DNA from: an uncultured delta proteobacterium
GTDB taxonomy: Bacteria > Desulfobacterota > Desulfobacteria > Desulfobacterales > Desulfosalsimonadaceae
DNA: 64,000 bases
Reading direction: 5' to 3'
Assembly (NCBI GenBank): GCA_963826785.1
Contig: CAWGYD010000008.1
Span: 64,001 to 128,000 of the forward strand
Numbering within the stretch: the first letter of the stretch is position 1; every line of letters starts with the position of its first letter. Shown here piece after piece: positions 9,719 through 21,786 of this stretch. Under the pieces are notes generated by a model. It did not search any database, was not told the origin of the DNA, and worked only from the letters and a program-made list of their open reading frames with translations. Both the position numbers and the translations under genes were made by a program.

Positions 9719-10903
9719 CTATTCCCAGATCCCCTCCAGTGAATCGTGAGAACTGGGGCGGAAGCTTTTTTGCCGGATCATCTTCGTCATCATATCGAGA
9801 CCGAATGTGAAAAAGGGCATTGGATCTTTCCGGCAAAAATCGTCCAGTGCGATATCTTGCATGAAAAGCCCGCAATATTCCTTAATGAAACTTAATTTGT
9901 AACGGTGGTGCTTCAATGCCTGGGGGAGCGTTCGCAGGTCCCCCCAAAGCCATCGGGTCATAACGCCTTTTGCAAATCCCGGAGTTTCTTTCACATCTCC
10001 TTTTGATGCAATCTGATAGAGCATGTATGGGAAATCGACGCCGCTTGCGATTCCCTGGGCCAGGGATCCCCAGAACCGCGGATTGATATCGATGAGGTAG
10101 GGTATGCCGGTATTTTCCTCGACTAAAAAATCGGCCTGACAGATCCCATGCCATTTAAGGGCTTCGAGAAATTTTTTCATCAGGATGACGATCTCCGGCT
10201 TATCGACGCTGACCCGGAGTGTCGCCTGTCCGCCGGAAAACGGCAGATCCCTCAGCTGTTTATAGACCAAATGCCCTTTAAGAATTCCCTGGTTCATCAC
10301 CATGGCCACACAGTAAACATTCCCCTTGATTTTCTCCTGGACAAAAAAACGATCCCATGGACGATCGGCATGATTGCTCTTTTCAAGCAGTTTTGTAAGA
10401 TCCTGCCGGGAATCTGCCTGGGCAATCCCCCATGCGCCGCCGCCTTGCTTCGGTTTAATCAAAACCGGGAAATCGAGTTTGCCCATTTCCTTTCTGAGTT
10501 CGTCAATGCCTGCCGAGCGAGGAACCGGGATACCGAGATTACGGGCGAGGGGCAGCCATTTGTCTTTGTTGTGCGCAATCAATATCTGCGCATAATCCGG
10601 GATCGCCATTTTCACATGCGTCGATACAGCCGATTTGTATTTTGCCAGTAAAAATGTTTCTTCAAAGACCGGGATCAAGGCCTCGGCCCGCAGACGTCTG
10701 GCATTTTCAACAATGGCGTTAATGAAGGCTTGTGGTTCCTTAAAAGGAGAAGGATACAAAAAATGCCCCTTTGAATACCGTGAACTGAATGCCATGGACA
10801 TGGGGACGAAATCAGCCGTATAGACGTCAATGCCTTTTTCACCAAGGCTTTTCACGATGCCATAGGCCATTCTGCTTTTGGCATTGGTTACGATTACCCT
10901 CAT
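9719..10903 (-). CDS. ATP-grasp carboxylate-amine ligase
   Basis: FPVLIKPKQGGGAWG, VQEKIKG, LIDINPRFWGS. Confidence 0.88.
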   Translation of the reverse strand: MRVIVTNAKSRMAYGIVKSLGEKGIDVYTADFVPMSMAFSSRYSKGHFLYPSPFKEPQAFINAIVENARRLRAEALIPVFEETFLLAKYKSAVSTHVKMAIPDYAQILIAHNKDKWLPLARNLGIPVPRSAGIDELRKEMGKLDFPVLIKPKQGGGAWGIAQADSRQDLTKLLEKSNHADRPWDRFFVQEKIKGNVYCVAMVMNQGILKGHLVYKQLRDLPFSGGQATLRVSVDKPEIVILMKKFLEALKWHGICQADFLVEENTGIPYLIDINPRFWGSLAQGIASGVDFPYMLYQIASKGDVKETPGFAKGVMTRWLWGDLRTLPQALKHHRYKLSFIKEYCGLFMQDIALDDFCRKDPMPFFTFGLDMMTKMIRQKSFRPSSHDSLEGIWE

Positions 10904-10909
10904 GGCTGC

Positions 10910-12103
10910 CTAAACGATCCTGCGCGTCTTTTGTTTCATCATGTTGATGGCATGCTGCTTCCATTGATAATAAAAAGGCTTGGGATCCCTTTTATTTAGA
11001 ACGGCAAATACTTTTCTGCCCAAATAGGGTGCCATATATTCTTTAAGGCTGAATTGCTCCAGGTGATGGTGCAACAGGGTATGCAGTACGTCTTTGTAGA
11101 GATGAATCCAGTAAATATCGCTTTGGTAGGAATTTGACCTGGCTTTCCGGCCTTTTACCAGATCAAGATACTGGATATAAGGAAAATTAATGCCGCACGC
11201 GACACACAATCCGATATAAAAAATAAATCGCATATTGATCTCGATGAGTTTGTATTTATCCTCTCTTGGATCGTATTTCCATTCGATTTCCGAAAAACCG
11301 TGATAGCCCAAGTTCTTTAAAAGAGCGTAACTCATCTCGTCTAAGCACTTGCTTTTTTCACTTTTAACGACTCTTCCGTATCCGTACTTCGGCGGATCCT
11401 GACGTATTTTCCGGGATGTCATCGAAGCAAGAAGCTCTCCAGAACGATCAATGTAGGAGGCATACTGGATCATCTGCTCACTGTCCGGACCGGGAATAAT
11501 TTCACTGATCGACAATTCGTATTCATCTTTTGTAAAATCAGAAGTCAGACACTTATACTCATCAACCAATTCTTCAAATGTGTCTACCTCGATCATCTTG
11601 ATGTCGTGTTTTCTGTAAAAGAGATGCCCAAGCCCTGGTTTTATAAGACATGGGAATCTCAGATCCGCTTTTATATGGTTGAGTTCATCGCGTGTTTTTG
11701 GGGAAAATGTCTTTGGAACGGCGATGCCGAGACTTTCTGCCGCTCTGTAAAGAGCGCTTTTATTCATTATCTTTTGCACAATTTCAATATCGAGTTTCGG
11801 TATCCGGTAATATTTCGAGAGAATATCCTGATGCGCAGCCAGAAATTCAACAGTATAATCTTTTGTCGGTACAATCAGAAATCCCGCCCATTCACCCTTC
11901 TTTTCCAGAAGGAAATCCAACAATAATGAAGGATTTTCGATAAAGCCCGGAATCCTGATGGATTCAGTGACGTACTTCGAATATCTTCCGATCTCATCTT
12001 TATCCTGATCATAGAGAACGATGCTTCTGATCCCCTTCTCACCAAGCGCCCGAATAACCTGGTAACCGAGTTCGGTTCCATTCAAAATGATAACTTTTTC
12101 CAT
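10910..12103 (-). CDS. ATP-grasp carboxylate-amine ligase (D-aspartate-ligase-like)
   Basis: FPCLIKP, SEIIPGPD, EIEWKYDPR..KLIEINMR. Confidence 0.85.
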   Translation of the reverse strand: MEKVIILNGTELGYQVIRALGEKGIRSIVLYDQDKDEIGRYSKYVTESIRIPGFIENPSLLLDFLLEKKGEWAGFLIVPTKDYTVEFLAAHQDILSKYYRIPKLDIEIVQKIMNKSALYRAAESLGIAVPKTFSPKTRDELNHIKADLRFPCLIKPGLGHLFYRKHDIKMIEVDTFEELVDEYKCLTSDFTKDEYELSISEIIPGPDSEQMIQYASYIDRSGELLASMTSRKIRQDPPKYGYGRVVKSEKSKCLDEMSYALLKNLGYHGFSEIEWKYDPREDKYKLIEINMRFIFYIGLCVACGINFPYIQYLDLVKGRKARSNSYQSDIYWIHLYKDVLHTLLHHHLEQFSLKEYMAPYLGRKVFAVLNKRDPKPFYYQWKQHAINMMKQKTRRIV

Positions 12104-12219
12104 AAAATAATTTCTGAATTCGTATGATATTGAGAAGTAATCTATTGAAATTAGAGCTTCATTATCAAAAGCGGCAGGAGGGATGCGATACTGGATAATC
12201 GTTCAAAAAGATGCAAACT

Positions 12220-13377
12220 TCATTGATGCGACAAGGATTCATCTACACTGCGAAAATTTAAACGCGATTTATCTAATTTGAAGTTATGGTCGCCGCTCAC
12301 ATTCGCATTCAAATCAAAAAATGACATTTCATGTATCCCGGGTATACAGTATCGTTTTTCACATTTTTGTAGAAATTTTGGATCGTCATCGCCATCTTTG
12401 TCCTTGAAAATGGCGGCTTTAATTTTTCCTTTTTCATCATACATAAATGGATTGGACTTTAAAAATGCTGAGACTTGTTTGTTCTTTTCAATGGGTTTAA
12501 TATAATAATAACTTCTGGAGGGCTTCCCTATATTTAAGCCAAGTCCCCTTTTAAATTGAAGAACGCCATCATTTAAGAAACTCCTTGTATAGCCTGTATT
12601 GACTTCTCTAAAGCCAATTTTTTTGAGGTAATCAAATCCAAAGAAATAAATCGCCGGAATGATATATTCATTTCTATACTCAAAGATATCCACTTTAATA
12701 CCCAGAGTCCAAAACCTTGGTCTTCTTTCTTTTAGATTTATCAATGCCCCCGCGATGTTCATATTATCCTGTCTCACGAACAGGCATATACAATCCTTGA
12801 ATTTTTTCGCCATATTTTCATATGTCCAAACCAAGGCCCCTTCATTATATCTACTGTTAATATAGGGCAGGTACATATCATGGTAAAACGCCTCAAGTGA
12901 TTTCAGATCCGATGTGACAATATAGCTTAGATTATTTTCGGTTATTTTTTTAAGATTTCGCCTGTGGTTTCTGCTCATGTTGATCGAAGGTTCTTTGTCT
13001 ATGTTGACCCACCCGGATACCCAGCATGGTACAAAATACCCATCATTTCTAAATAAACTTTCTTTCAATTGATTCCCGATTTCGATGACCAATAGAGATG
13101 CCCCTGCTTTTTCAATTAAGTTTTGCTTCGCCAAAATACTGCTCGTATGCCTCCCTATGAATTTATCTTGCAGCAGGCGATCAAAAATCCGATTAACCAT
13201 ATCGTGTTTATTGATCAATGACCCCCCAAAGATTACGCTGTATGCTTCTTTGGTGCTTTTGTCCACGCCTGTTAACAACCAGAAGTTGTTCCTCATTTTC
13301 TTAATTGAATACGCCAGATCGTATAAGGTCGATGCCGAATTGCGAAATACATCTGTCATTATGGATATCCCATCCAA
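12220..13377 (-). CDS. Hypothetical protein with Fem/GNAT-like region
   Basis: Long ORF in the operon; RRNLKK..F...Y and G.TRSFLNDGVLQFKRGLG resemble FemAB/GNAT-fold proteins. Confidence 0.55.
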   Translation of the reverse strand: MDGISIMTDVFRNSASTLYDLAYSIKKMRNNFWLLTGVDKSTKEAYSVIFGGSLINKHDMVNRIFDRLLQDKFIGRHTSSILAKQNLIEKAGASLLVIEIGNQLKESLFRNDGYFVPCWVSGWVNIDKEPSINMSRNHRRNLKKITENNLSYIVTSDLKSLEAFYHDMYLPYINSRYNEGALVWTYENMAKKFKDCICLFVRQDNMNIAGALINLKERRPRFWTLGIKVDIFEYRNEYIIPAIYFFGFDYLKKIGFREVNTGYTRSFLNDGVLQFKRGLGLNIGKPSRSYYYIKPIEKNKQVSAFLKSNPFMYDEKGKIKAAIFKDKDGDDDPKFLQKCEKRYCIPGIHEMSFFDLNANVSGDHNFKLDKSRLNFRSVDESLSHQ

Positions 13378-13394
13378 GGCCTGCGCCCCTGATT

Positions 13395-14544
13395 TTAAAT
13401 TTTGAAATTATATGCTGCCAACGCTGCTTTCAGACGGGGGGTCAGCAACCCCCCGTTGGTCGCTTGTATTCCGGCCGTCCCCCACTCAATATTTCCCTCG
13501 ATGATCACCGGCCCGACATCAGTGATGGCGATGTCCCATCCGATGGACTTGAGTTGAAAAAAGGCTTTTTGCGCCTTTTCTGCCAATAAGCACACCTCGT
13601 TCCAGAAGGGGACTTGAAAATTCTTGAATCTGACGTTTGTTTTTGGATGAGCCGTAACCGTGGTTCCAAAGTTCGGATGAAAGAACCCGGTTTCTTTTAG
13701 TTTGCCATTTGACAGGTTTATACCGACCACAATCCCTCCTGTGGAAAAATTGTCAGTGCAGTTTTCATCGGCGCCCGTTCTCAACATCCCGGCAAGCAAA
13801 ATAACCGACATTTCTTTTGTCAAAAAGGTTATGATCCGGATCGTGTTTACCGAGCATGGATTTAATTTTTTCATTTCCCTGTGCTGATCGATCCGTTCCT
13901 CAATGATAAAATCCCCTGCTTTAAACCTGGCTTCTGCGATTTCCAGTTCTGATCCGTGTTTAATCAGCATTTTGACCAGCTCATTTCCAGAAAGAAAATG
14001 AATCCCCAATCCCTGAACGCCCTTTGCCGGCTTAATCACGAAGGTACTTATTCAAATTATTATTCAAATAATCACATAAACTAATGCCGTCGCCAATTAC
14101 CCTTCCTTCATGAAAAATGCCGCACAGCTTTGGTGTCGGCAATTGTCGGCTCCGGCAATAACAATGAAAAGTATACTTATCATTGACGAGCATGGTGTAC
14201 TCGACATTCCATAATATGGAATACAACTGTCGCCTGATGAAAGGGGAATCCGGTTCGTCGAGATATGTGGCGAATTCGTGGCGTTTTTTGACATCAAATC
14301 GCCATAGCCGGTAATTTCTCGGGAGCATTCCACGAACAAAAAACAAGTACAGGTAATCCGATATAATAGACGCCGCATTTTTTGCCGGCTGCCCCGGTTC
14401 GCGATATGATTTGCTGCCCAATCCTTCAAAAAGGTTCGGCAGGCGCCGCAGGTGGGCAATCGCGTGACCCAGCAGCCTCGAGTAACGGACAGCTCTTGTG
14501 CCCATAGATTCACTTTGCCTTGGCATTGAATACGGAGGAATCAT
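13395..14544 (-). CDS. Sugar-transfer-associated ATP-grasp protein, split by a frameshift near 14043
   Basis: NDKY..LPTP (upstream ORF) continues into FVIKPAKGVQGLG, NPCSVNTIRI, DNFSTGG, IGWDIAIT..IEGN after removing one base. Confidence 0.8.
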
Positions 14545-14588
14545 GTGAACTACTTATTATCCCACTTCTAAAATAAGTCGATCAAATC

Positions 14589-14626
14589 AAAGGCAGGGGT
14601 GCGGCGACGGCCCCACCCCTGCCTTT
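14589..14626. terminator. Probable bidirectional intrinsic terminator
   Basis: Stem AAGGCAGGGGTG/CACCCCTGCCTT with T-rich tails on both strands, just after the PKD gene stop. Confidence 0.75.
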
Positions 14627-14640
14627 TTCTTTCTTTCGAT

Positions 14641-17600
14641 TTACCGCATGGAAGCAGGCGGCTTCGAAAAATCCAAAAACTCATAGATGGGTTCGATGGA
14701 ATTCAAAAGGCTCAGGATCTCCTGATCGCTGTATCCGAGCAGATAGGATCTCAGATAATCATCGGCTGTATAAGTTCCGGAGTCCTTTGTGGCGCAAAAC
14801 ATTTTTCCGCGGTGGAACGTCCCCACATAATATTGGGCGGAGTTGCAGGATCCGTAGAACATTCGCCCGTATTTCATTTCTGCTTCCGGTATTTTGGCTC
14901 TGCGGGCATCCAGGATAACCTTCCCAAAGGTAATCGGGCTGCCGGTCGATCTCGAATAATAATGGGGTTTGTGGTGAAATGTATTGTCCGCATAGATCAG
15001 ACCGATAATATTGTATACAAAATCCGTTTCACGCTCCACGTCATACCCGTTGGGTCCGGACACGGTCAGGGTAACCGTATAAGCTCCCGGCTCCGTATAA
15101 GTGTGGGTCGGGTTATGCTCTGTGCTGACCGGGGATCCGTCTCCGAAATCCCACTCCCAGCTTGTAATTTCCCCGGCGCTTTGATCGATAAAATCCACGA
15201 CTGTTCGATCTGAGCCCAATCGGTTCAGGGACGTGAATTCCGCCTGGATCAAGGGCGATGTCCCAACCGCGATAAAATCGGTCTTGACCTCTGTATCGTG
15301 TTCCCCGGATGAATCGGTTACCCTGAGACTTACGGTGTAAAGCCCGGGATTCGCATAGGTGTGGGTCGGGTTCTCCAGGATGCTGTAGGTCCCATCGCCG
15401 AAATCCCAGTACCAATCCGTAATTCCTCCGGAGACATCCGACATGGAATAAAAAGAGCCCATCTGGACAAACTGGACCGCCAGGGGAGCGCCTCCCGATG
15501 TCACGTCGGCTCTGAATTCGGATTGGAGAATCTTTGCCGGATTCTCCAGGGCGCTTAAGAATAAAGGCATCCGCAATCACCGTCCCGTCCGCATCGTCAC
15601 TCACCTGGAAGGTGTAGGCGCCTTCGTCGAAGTAAAAAGCCCCCAGGGTGTTCGCGAGTTGTGTTTCCCGTTGGTCCACTTCGACAATACTTGATCCTCC
15701 CGCATGCTGGATCGTAAATTTGGCATTGGTGGCATTGGCCGGATCCGGATACCAGGACGCCAGAGCGGCATAATAGCCCGGATACTTCACCAGCAGGGTA
15801 AAAGTTGCGGTATTCTGACCGGTTCCGGGTAAATGGTACTGATAGTTATACCCCAAATAACCGGCTTCTCCCATATAACCCGCCCCGGCAACCTTTGCCA
15901 TCGGCCAGTTACCGACGACATCGAACCGGTTGAAATCGGAATCCGTGTTGGTGATAAAGTATTCGGGATTTGCCATCGGGTCCGGCGGGGCTGAACCATT
16001 GGGCCAGTCCCAGGCCGGAACGTTGGCGTCGGGAAACCTTTCGAGATAGCTTCCGTTCGACAGTTCCACCTTGTAGGTGTTCGGATCTCCCGGAATCTCG
16101 TATTTCAGATAATAATTATACGGCGGAGTTCCTTCGTCAAAAGTGTACGGCATGATTCCGCTGGAATAATCGCTGTAGATCGGCAGCCAGTTGGGATAGG
16201 CCTGGCCATATTGCATTCCGTCGATTTTGACCGACACCATATCGGTGGAAAAACTCATGAAGCGTTCGTCATCAATGAAATAGATATTGTCTATCTGTTG
16301 TCGGTAGACTTCTGACACAGTGGCAAAGGTGAGCCCCAATCCGAAATTGGCATGCCCATTGATAACGATGTGGGAATCCTGCTCTTTAAGGGCGGCATCC
16401 ATCGCCGCCGGCGTTCTCACGGTGTGAATGAAGTAGGTGATGTTTTTGTCCGTATTCGTATATACGTATACGCCGTTGTTTTCCACGGCGCCCATACTGG
16501 TGAGCATTTGCGTCGTGTGGGGGATAAACAAAGCGTCCCCGGCATATCCGTCGCAGAGATAAATATTTTCAGCGGCCGCGAGGATGTGAATATAATTTTG
16601 CCGGGTTTCGGTATCCGACCCCGAAGAATTTTCCACCGTAAGGGAAACCGTATAATCACCCGGTTCCAGATACTCATGAACCGGGTTTTCTTCCGTGCTG
16701 GTGTTTCCGTCACCAAAATTCCAGAGCCAGTCCGTCACATTCCCAAGGCTCATGTCGGTAAACTGAATCGTATATGGCGCTCCGCCGTATACGCTATCCG
16801 CGGAAAAATCGGCGACCGGAGGGCTTGCCTGGGCCACCCGGGTGAATTTCATTGCATCCGCGCACGTGCTCGATGGCCCGGGCTGAGCAGTAATCGTGAT
16901 GCGATAGCTGGTATTGGCCTCGAATAAATAATCGCCCAGGGTGTTCCACTTTCCTCCGTTGGCCTGCTGGTTCACCAACACGGTAGTGGAGCCTCCTGCA
17001 TACGCAATTTTAACTGGAACACTCATGCTCCTGGATGGCCACTCCGTCCACCACATGAAAATTTCATAATGATCTGAAACCACGGGTTGAAACGTCCAGG
17101 TATAGGTGGCGCCATCCCGGCTCCATAAAGAATTTGTCCCGTAGTAACCCGAAGCCCCGGAAACATACCAGGCTCCGGTATAAGAAGTGCCGGCCCCGCC
17201 ATTGTCGATGACGATTTCTTCAGGAATTTCATCGATGGTCAGGCTTTGAGTCACGGGTTGAGAAGCGGCTCCATCCTCGTCGTAAACCACAAAGGTGATC
17301 GTGTGGGTACCTTTGGAGAGCACATTTGTTGAAAATGATGAAAAATCGCTTAAATGCCCGTCGATATCCGAATCCCAACTATAGCCGGTCACGGTTCCGT
17401 CCGGATCTTCGCCGTGTCCGGAAAAGACAATCAGCGCATCAAGATTTGCCGGGTTTGGAGAAATGCTGTCGATATAAGCAGTTGGAGGAATATTTCCAAC
17501 GCTCAGACTGGCTTCAGCCGGAACCGACCATGCGCCTGCATCGTCTTGAACTCTGAATGTAATGGCGTGCACCCCATTTGAAAGGCCAGCCGAGGAAAAT

Positions 17601-18898
17601 GAAGGCTGGTCGCTCAGTTCCCCGTCGATGCTGGACTTCCAGGCATATGCCGATACACTGCCGTCGGTGTCCTCTCCGTGGCCGGTAAAGGTCACTTCCT
17701 GGCCTGCATCCGCCGGGTTGGGGGAAATGGAATCGATATTTGCCGTCGGTGTACTGTTCGTTTCCATAAAATTGAATTTGACCGCATCCGCACATGTGCT
17801 CGACGGGTACGGCTGGGATTTTATGCTGACTTTCCCTCCGGAATTGGTATCGAAACGGTAAACACCGAGGCTGTTCCATTTCCCGCCATTTTGTTGCTGA
17901 TTGATATTGATCGTCTCTGACCCGCCATCATACTGGATGGTGACCGGCACACTGGTGCTTCTCGAAGGCCACACCGTCCACCACATGGTCAGCTCATATT
18001 CGCCGGTCTGGGGTGGAGTGAAGTTCCAGGTGAATGTCGTCCCATCCCTGCTCCATACCGAATCAGGGCCATAGGGATTGGATGCGCCTGAAACTTCCCA
18101 AGTGCCGGTCTGGGAGGTGCCGGCGGCGCGATTATCGATGATGATTTCGGTGGGAACGCTGCCCACGATCAATGTCTGCGTCGCGGGCACGGACCAGAGG
18201 CCCTCCGCATCCTGGACGCTGAAGGAAATGATATGGGTGCCTTCGGTTAATGATGTCGTAAAAGACGCAACATCGCTCAAAAGACCGTCTATGCTCGATT
18301 CCCAACGATAGGCGGCAATGTCTCCCTCGGTATCCGCGCCTGAACCTTGAAACTCTATTATCTGTTGCGGCTCGGCCGGATTGGGATCAATCATGTCGAT
18401 GGAAGCAGTTGGCGGGGTATTGCCGGAGATGAATCGGTACCACACCGCATCTGCGCAAGTGCTGAGGGTCGCCCCGTAGGCGGCCGTAATCGTGACGGTG
18501 CCGCTCCCATTGAAAAAATAAGTCCCCAAACTGTTCCACTGCCCGGCATTTTCCTGCTGATTAACACTCAGGTTTTCCGTTCCGTTTGCATGATATATGG
18601 CAACAGGGATTTTTGTTGCTCTTGATTTATAAGCCGACCACCACATAAGCACCTCATAGGTGCCGGGAAGCTGGGAATTCATCTGCCAGGAATAGGTTAC
18701 CCCATCGCGCGAGGCCAGGCTGTCACCATCGTAGGGCAAGGTTCCTCCAGATGGATACCAGGCGCCTGTGAAGGAAGTGCCGGAATCGCCGTCATCGATC
18801 AGGACATCGCCAAACGCACTTCCGCATAAGAAAAATAGAACCAAAAATAGCAACACCGGCCAAGAATAAATAAAACCGCTTCCGTATTTTCGTTTCAT
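14641..18898 (-). CDS. Large secreted protein with golvesin-like and PKD domains, frameshifted near 15553
   Basis: Signal peptide; repeated IDN..GTS.TG.W..S..YG modules, PPTA.ID.I.PNPA Ig-like repeats, three WxWxFGDG PKD motifs. ADAFILK joins ALENPAKILQ after removing one base. Confidence 0.82.
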
Positions 18899-19192
18899 TG
18901 ATTTCCTCCTTCCCAGAAAGATTGATAAAAACCCATTAAATTCAATGTCCAGAACCTGCCTGCTTTTGGATACAATGATAACTTGGACTTTTTCAGGCGT
19001 GGGTCAATGCCCGGAGTTCCAACCGGAGAACGCAGCTTGTGAAATTTGAAAAATTTTTATGTAAAAAGATTTTTCTCGCAAAACGGCCGGGGTTGGAGTG
19101 GCCTTTTCGTCATGGCGAGAAATTCAAGTATTCAGATTTGCATCAGATGGGATTTAAGGAAGCGGTAATAAACTTGAGCAGTCCAGCCGTTT

Positions 19193-20519
19193 TTACGATA
19201 CAGATGAATCAGCCGACAATCGACTGGTGATGGATCGATGTTTGCCCGTCGCCCCGCGCTCAAGAAATTGAACCGGCACTACATCTATTTTTATCATTCC
19301 GCCTAAGATATCACGGAGATTGTTCAGAATCCGTCTTCTGACGTTTTCGATTTGGCTGTCTTGGTCGATGACGACATAAACGGTTATGTTGTAGTCGATA
19401 TCCTGATGTATTTTAAATTCCTTGACTGCGGAGATGGTCTCAACCTGGAACACCATCGTTTGGGGATCCAGTAATTTCCCGTTCGGCAGGACAATGAAAT
19501 CATCGGATCTTCCAACAATAGATTGAAAATACGGAAAGGTGCGGCCGCATGCGCATTTACTCTGTGATAATATACCGATATCTCCGATTTCATAGCGAAG
19601 ATAAGGCATCGAATAGTTATTCAAGGCGGTGATGACGATTTTCCCCTTCTCTCCGGGCGGCAGAGTTCTTCCATTTTCGTCATGGATTTCGACAATGACA
19701 TTATCGGCATGCCACATGAAGATTCTGCATCCTGCACTCAAAGCCGATTGCCGAAAATTCCAGGCATGAATAGTCATCGTACACTTTGCATTGGAATGCA
19801 TGTTCAACAGTGTTTCGAATACTGTCCGTTAACAGTTCCGAATTGGAGAGGATAAACTTGAGACCGAGTTTTGATGCCTGTTCTTTTGTAATCACCTTTG
19901 CAAGAAGGTAAAGAACGGATGGATATGCATTGAGTATTTGAGGACGAATGTCCAAAATTTTGGACAACTGCTTCTCCGCCGGCCATTCAAGCGGGAGATA
20001 GGACCTCCTGAGAAGGCCGAATTTCTGGATGGCCAGTTCCGTCACCGGTGGGCCATAACGGATGTAAACCGATTTGTACCAGGGCTTGTACCCGAAATCG
20101 CAGAGCTGCCGAAATTGCATCAAACGATAGAGGGCAGCCACTTTGTGATCCAGCAGCACATCGAGTTTTTTCCCCGAAGAACCGGACGTCATTCGAGATG
20201 AGCATCGATTTGGATCCACACGCCTTGAAGTGATCTTATCCGGATAGTTTTCAAGAATGATATCCTTGGTCAGCACCGGGATTTTACTCAAGTCGGTAAT
20301 TGAGCGTACATCCTGCGGCCGCAACGCCATAGCATCAAATAACGCTTTGTAATAAATTACATTTTCATAAGCATAATTCACAAGCTTTTGCAGCAGCATC
20401 GTCTGCATTTTCGCAAGTGATTTTTCGCTCTTCCATTGATTTACGAAAATCGCCGGAAGCCGCAGCGCATGATAGCCGTAATTGAAAACTGGATTCAAAA
20501 GAAAGCCTCGTTCTTTCAC
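19193..20519 (-). CDS. Phenylacetate-CoA ligase/CapK-like adenylate-forming enzyme, frameshifted near 19709
   Basis: TSGSSG, AYPS, YSCLE in upstream ORF; MPYLRYEIGD, GRSDD in downstream ORF. Confidence 0.85.
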
Positions 20520-20520
20520 T

Positions 20521-21780
20521 TCACATACGAGTGGTTAAAGCCTCATTTTTTAAATTTCGCATGCTCGCACTCATGGCCAGCAGAAAAAACAAGTGGATCG
20601 AATAACCCTGAGTTAGAAATAGAGCGCTGGTCCAGAATCCGTAAAAACTGATTCCGAGAAATATCGGGAGCAGTGATCGTTTAAGTTCCATCTCCGTTCT
20701 CATTCGCCGGAGGTTGGCAATGGCGCCCAGGTTCAGAAGAACGTAGACAATAAACCCCGGAACCCCTGTTTCGACGGCCACCTCAATGATAGACGAATGG
20801 GGGACTTGCCATGCCTGTACCCCGTCCCTGTTCTCGGCGCGGCGCAGACCCAATGCAATCGATGAACAGTTGGCCCCCACGCCAAAAATGGGATTTTCCA
20901 TAAGAATTAATAAATTTTGCTTCCAGATATTCAATCGGCCTTTTTCATCAGAAACATTGTAATCACTCCCTATATTATGGAAGCGCTCCCCTGCCACGGG
21001 CAAATAATAGGCAAGAACACTCAGAAGTAGAATGACGACGAAAAATTTTCTGCCACCACGCCAGGCATCCGTTTTAATCCGCATCATTGCGATGATGATG
21101 ACCGCAAACGCGAGGATCCCGCCCCGGGACTGGGCGATTAGAATGCTTACCGCCATAGAAATGGAGGCCAATAAAAAAAAAATCTTCGTCATAAATTTAT
21201 GTTTGACCAGAAAAAAATAAAAGGTGAGCGGCAGGTATGTCACCAGCAGGAAGGCGACATCGTTCGGATCATACATCTGGCTGGCGTAAACCCGGTATCC
21301 CACGTTCCCAGCAAGAATGGTGTCTTTAATGTAGTTGAGCGAAATAAATACGGCTCCGGCAACAGCAGCCCAGGCAACACTGTTGAGCCGTTTTTCCGAA
21401 TTGACCAGAATGATAAATATAATAAAGTACAGTAAAGTACCTGGAAAAGCGGAAAAAACGAAATGAAAGGCGACCCCTCTATGAACCGCGAAAGGGATTC
21501 CCACCATCATGATCATAAAAAAAATGAGGAGAAAACGAACCTCCCGATTGCGATTGATGCCATCTGGAAATTTTATTCCTGCAAGGATCATGGAAATCAG
21601 CGTCAATGCGGAAATCATCGCAACGGGTCGCAGAAAAATGAGAAAGGTTATATAATCCTGTGGCCTTCCGATGAGCACGAAGGTCCATATCCAAAGGAAT
21701 GCAAAAGGCAATTTATCATTCGATTCTTTTGCCTCGATCCGTTCGTTACAGGGATTTTGAATGATGAATTCCGAAGACAT
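20521..21780 (-). CDS. O-antigen ligase family / Wzy-like polymerase
   Basis: Multiple TM helices, DPND, SRGG, R..IW, PIFGVG, HS..E..VETG. Confidence 0.85.
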   Translation of the reverse strand: MSSEFIIQNPCNERIEAKESNDKLPFAFLWIWTFVLIGRPQDYITFLIFLRPVAMISALTLISMILAGIKFPDGINRNREVRFLLIFFMIMMVGIPFAVHRGVAFHFVFSAFPGTLLYFIIFIILVNSEKRLNSVAWAAVAGAVFISLNYIKDTILAGNVGYRVYASQMYDPNDVAFLLVTYLPLTFYFFLVKHKFMTKIFFLLASISMAVSILIAQSRGGILAFAVIIIAMMRIKTDAWRGGRKFFVVILLLSVLAYYLPVAGERFHNIGSDYNVSDEKGRLNIWKQNLLILMENPIFGVGANCSSIALGLRRAENRDGVQAWQVPHSSIIEVAVETGVPGFIVYVLLNLGAIANLRRMRTEMELKRSLLPIFLGISFYGFWTSALFLTQGYSIHLFFLLAMSASMRNLKNEALTTRM

Positions 21781-21786
21781 CTGGGG

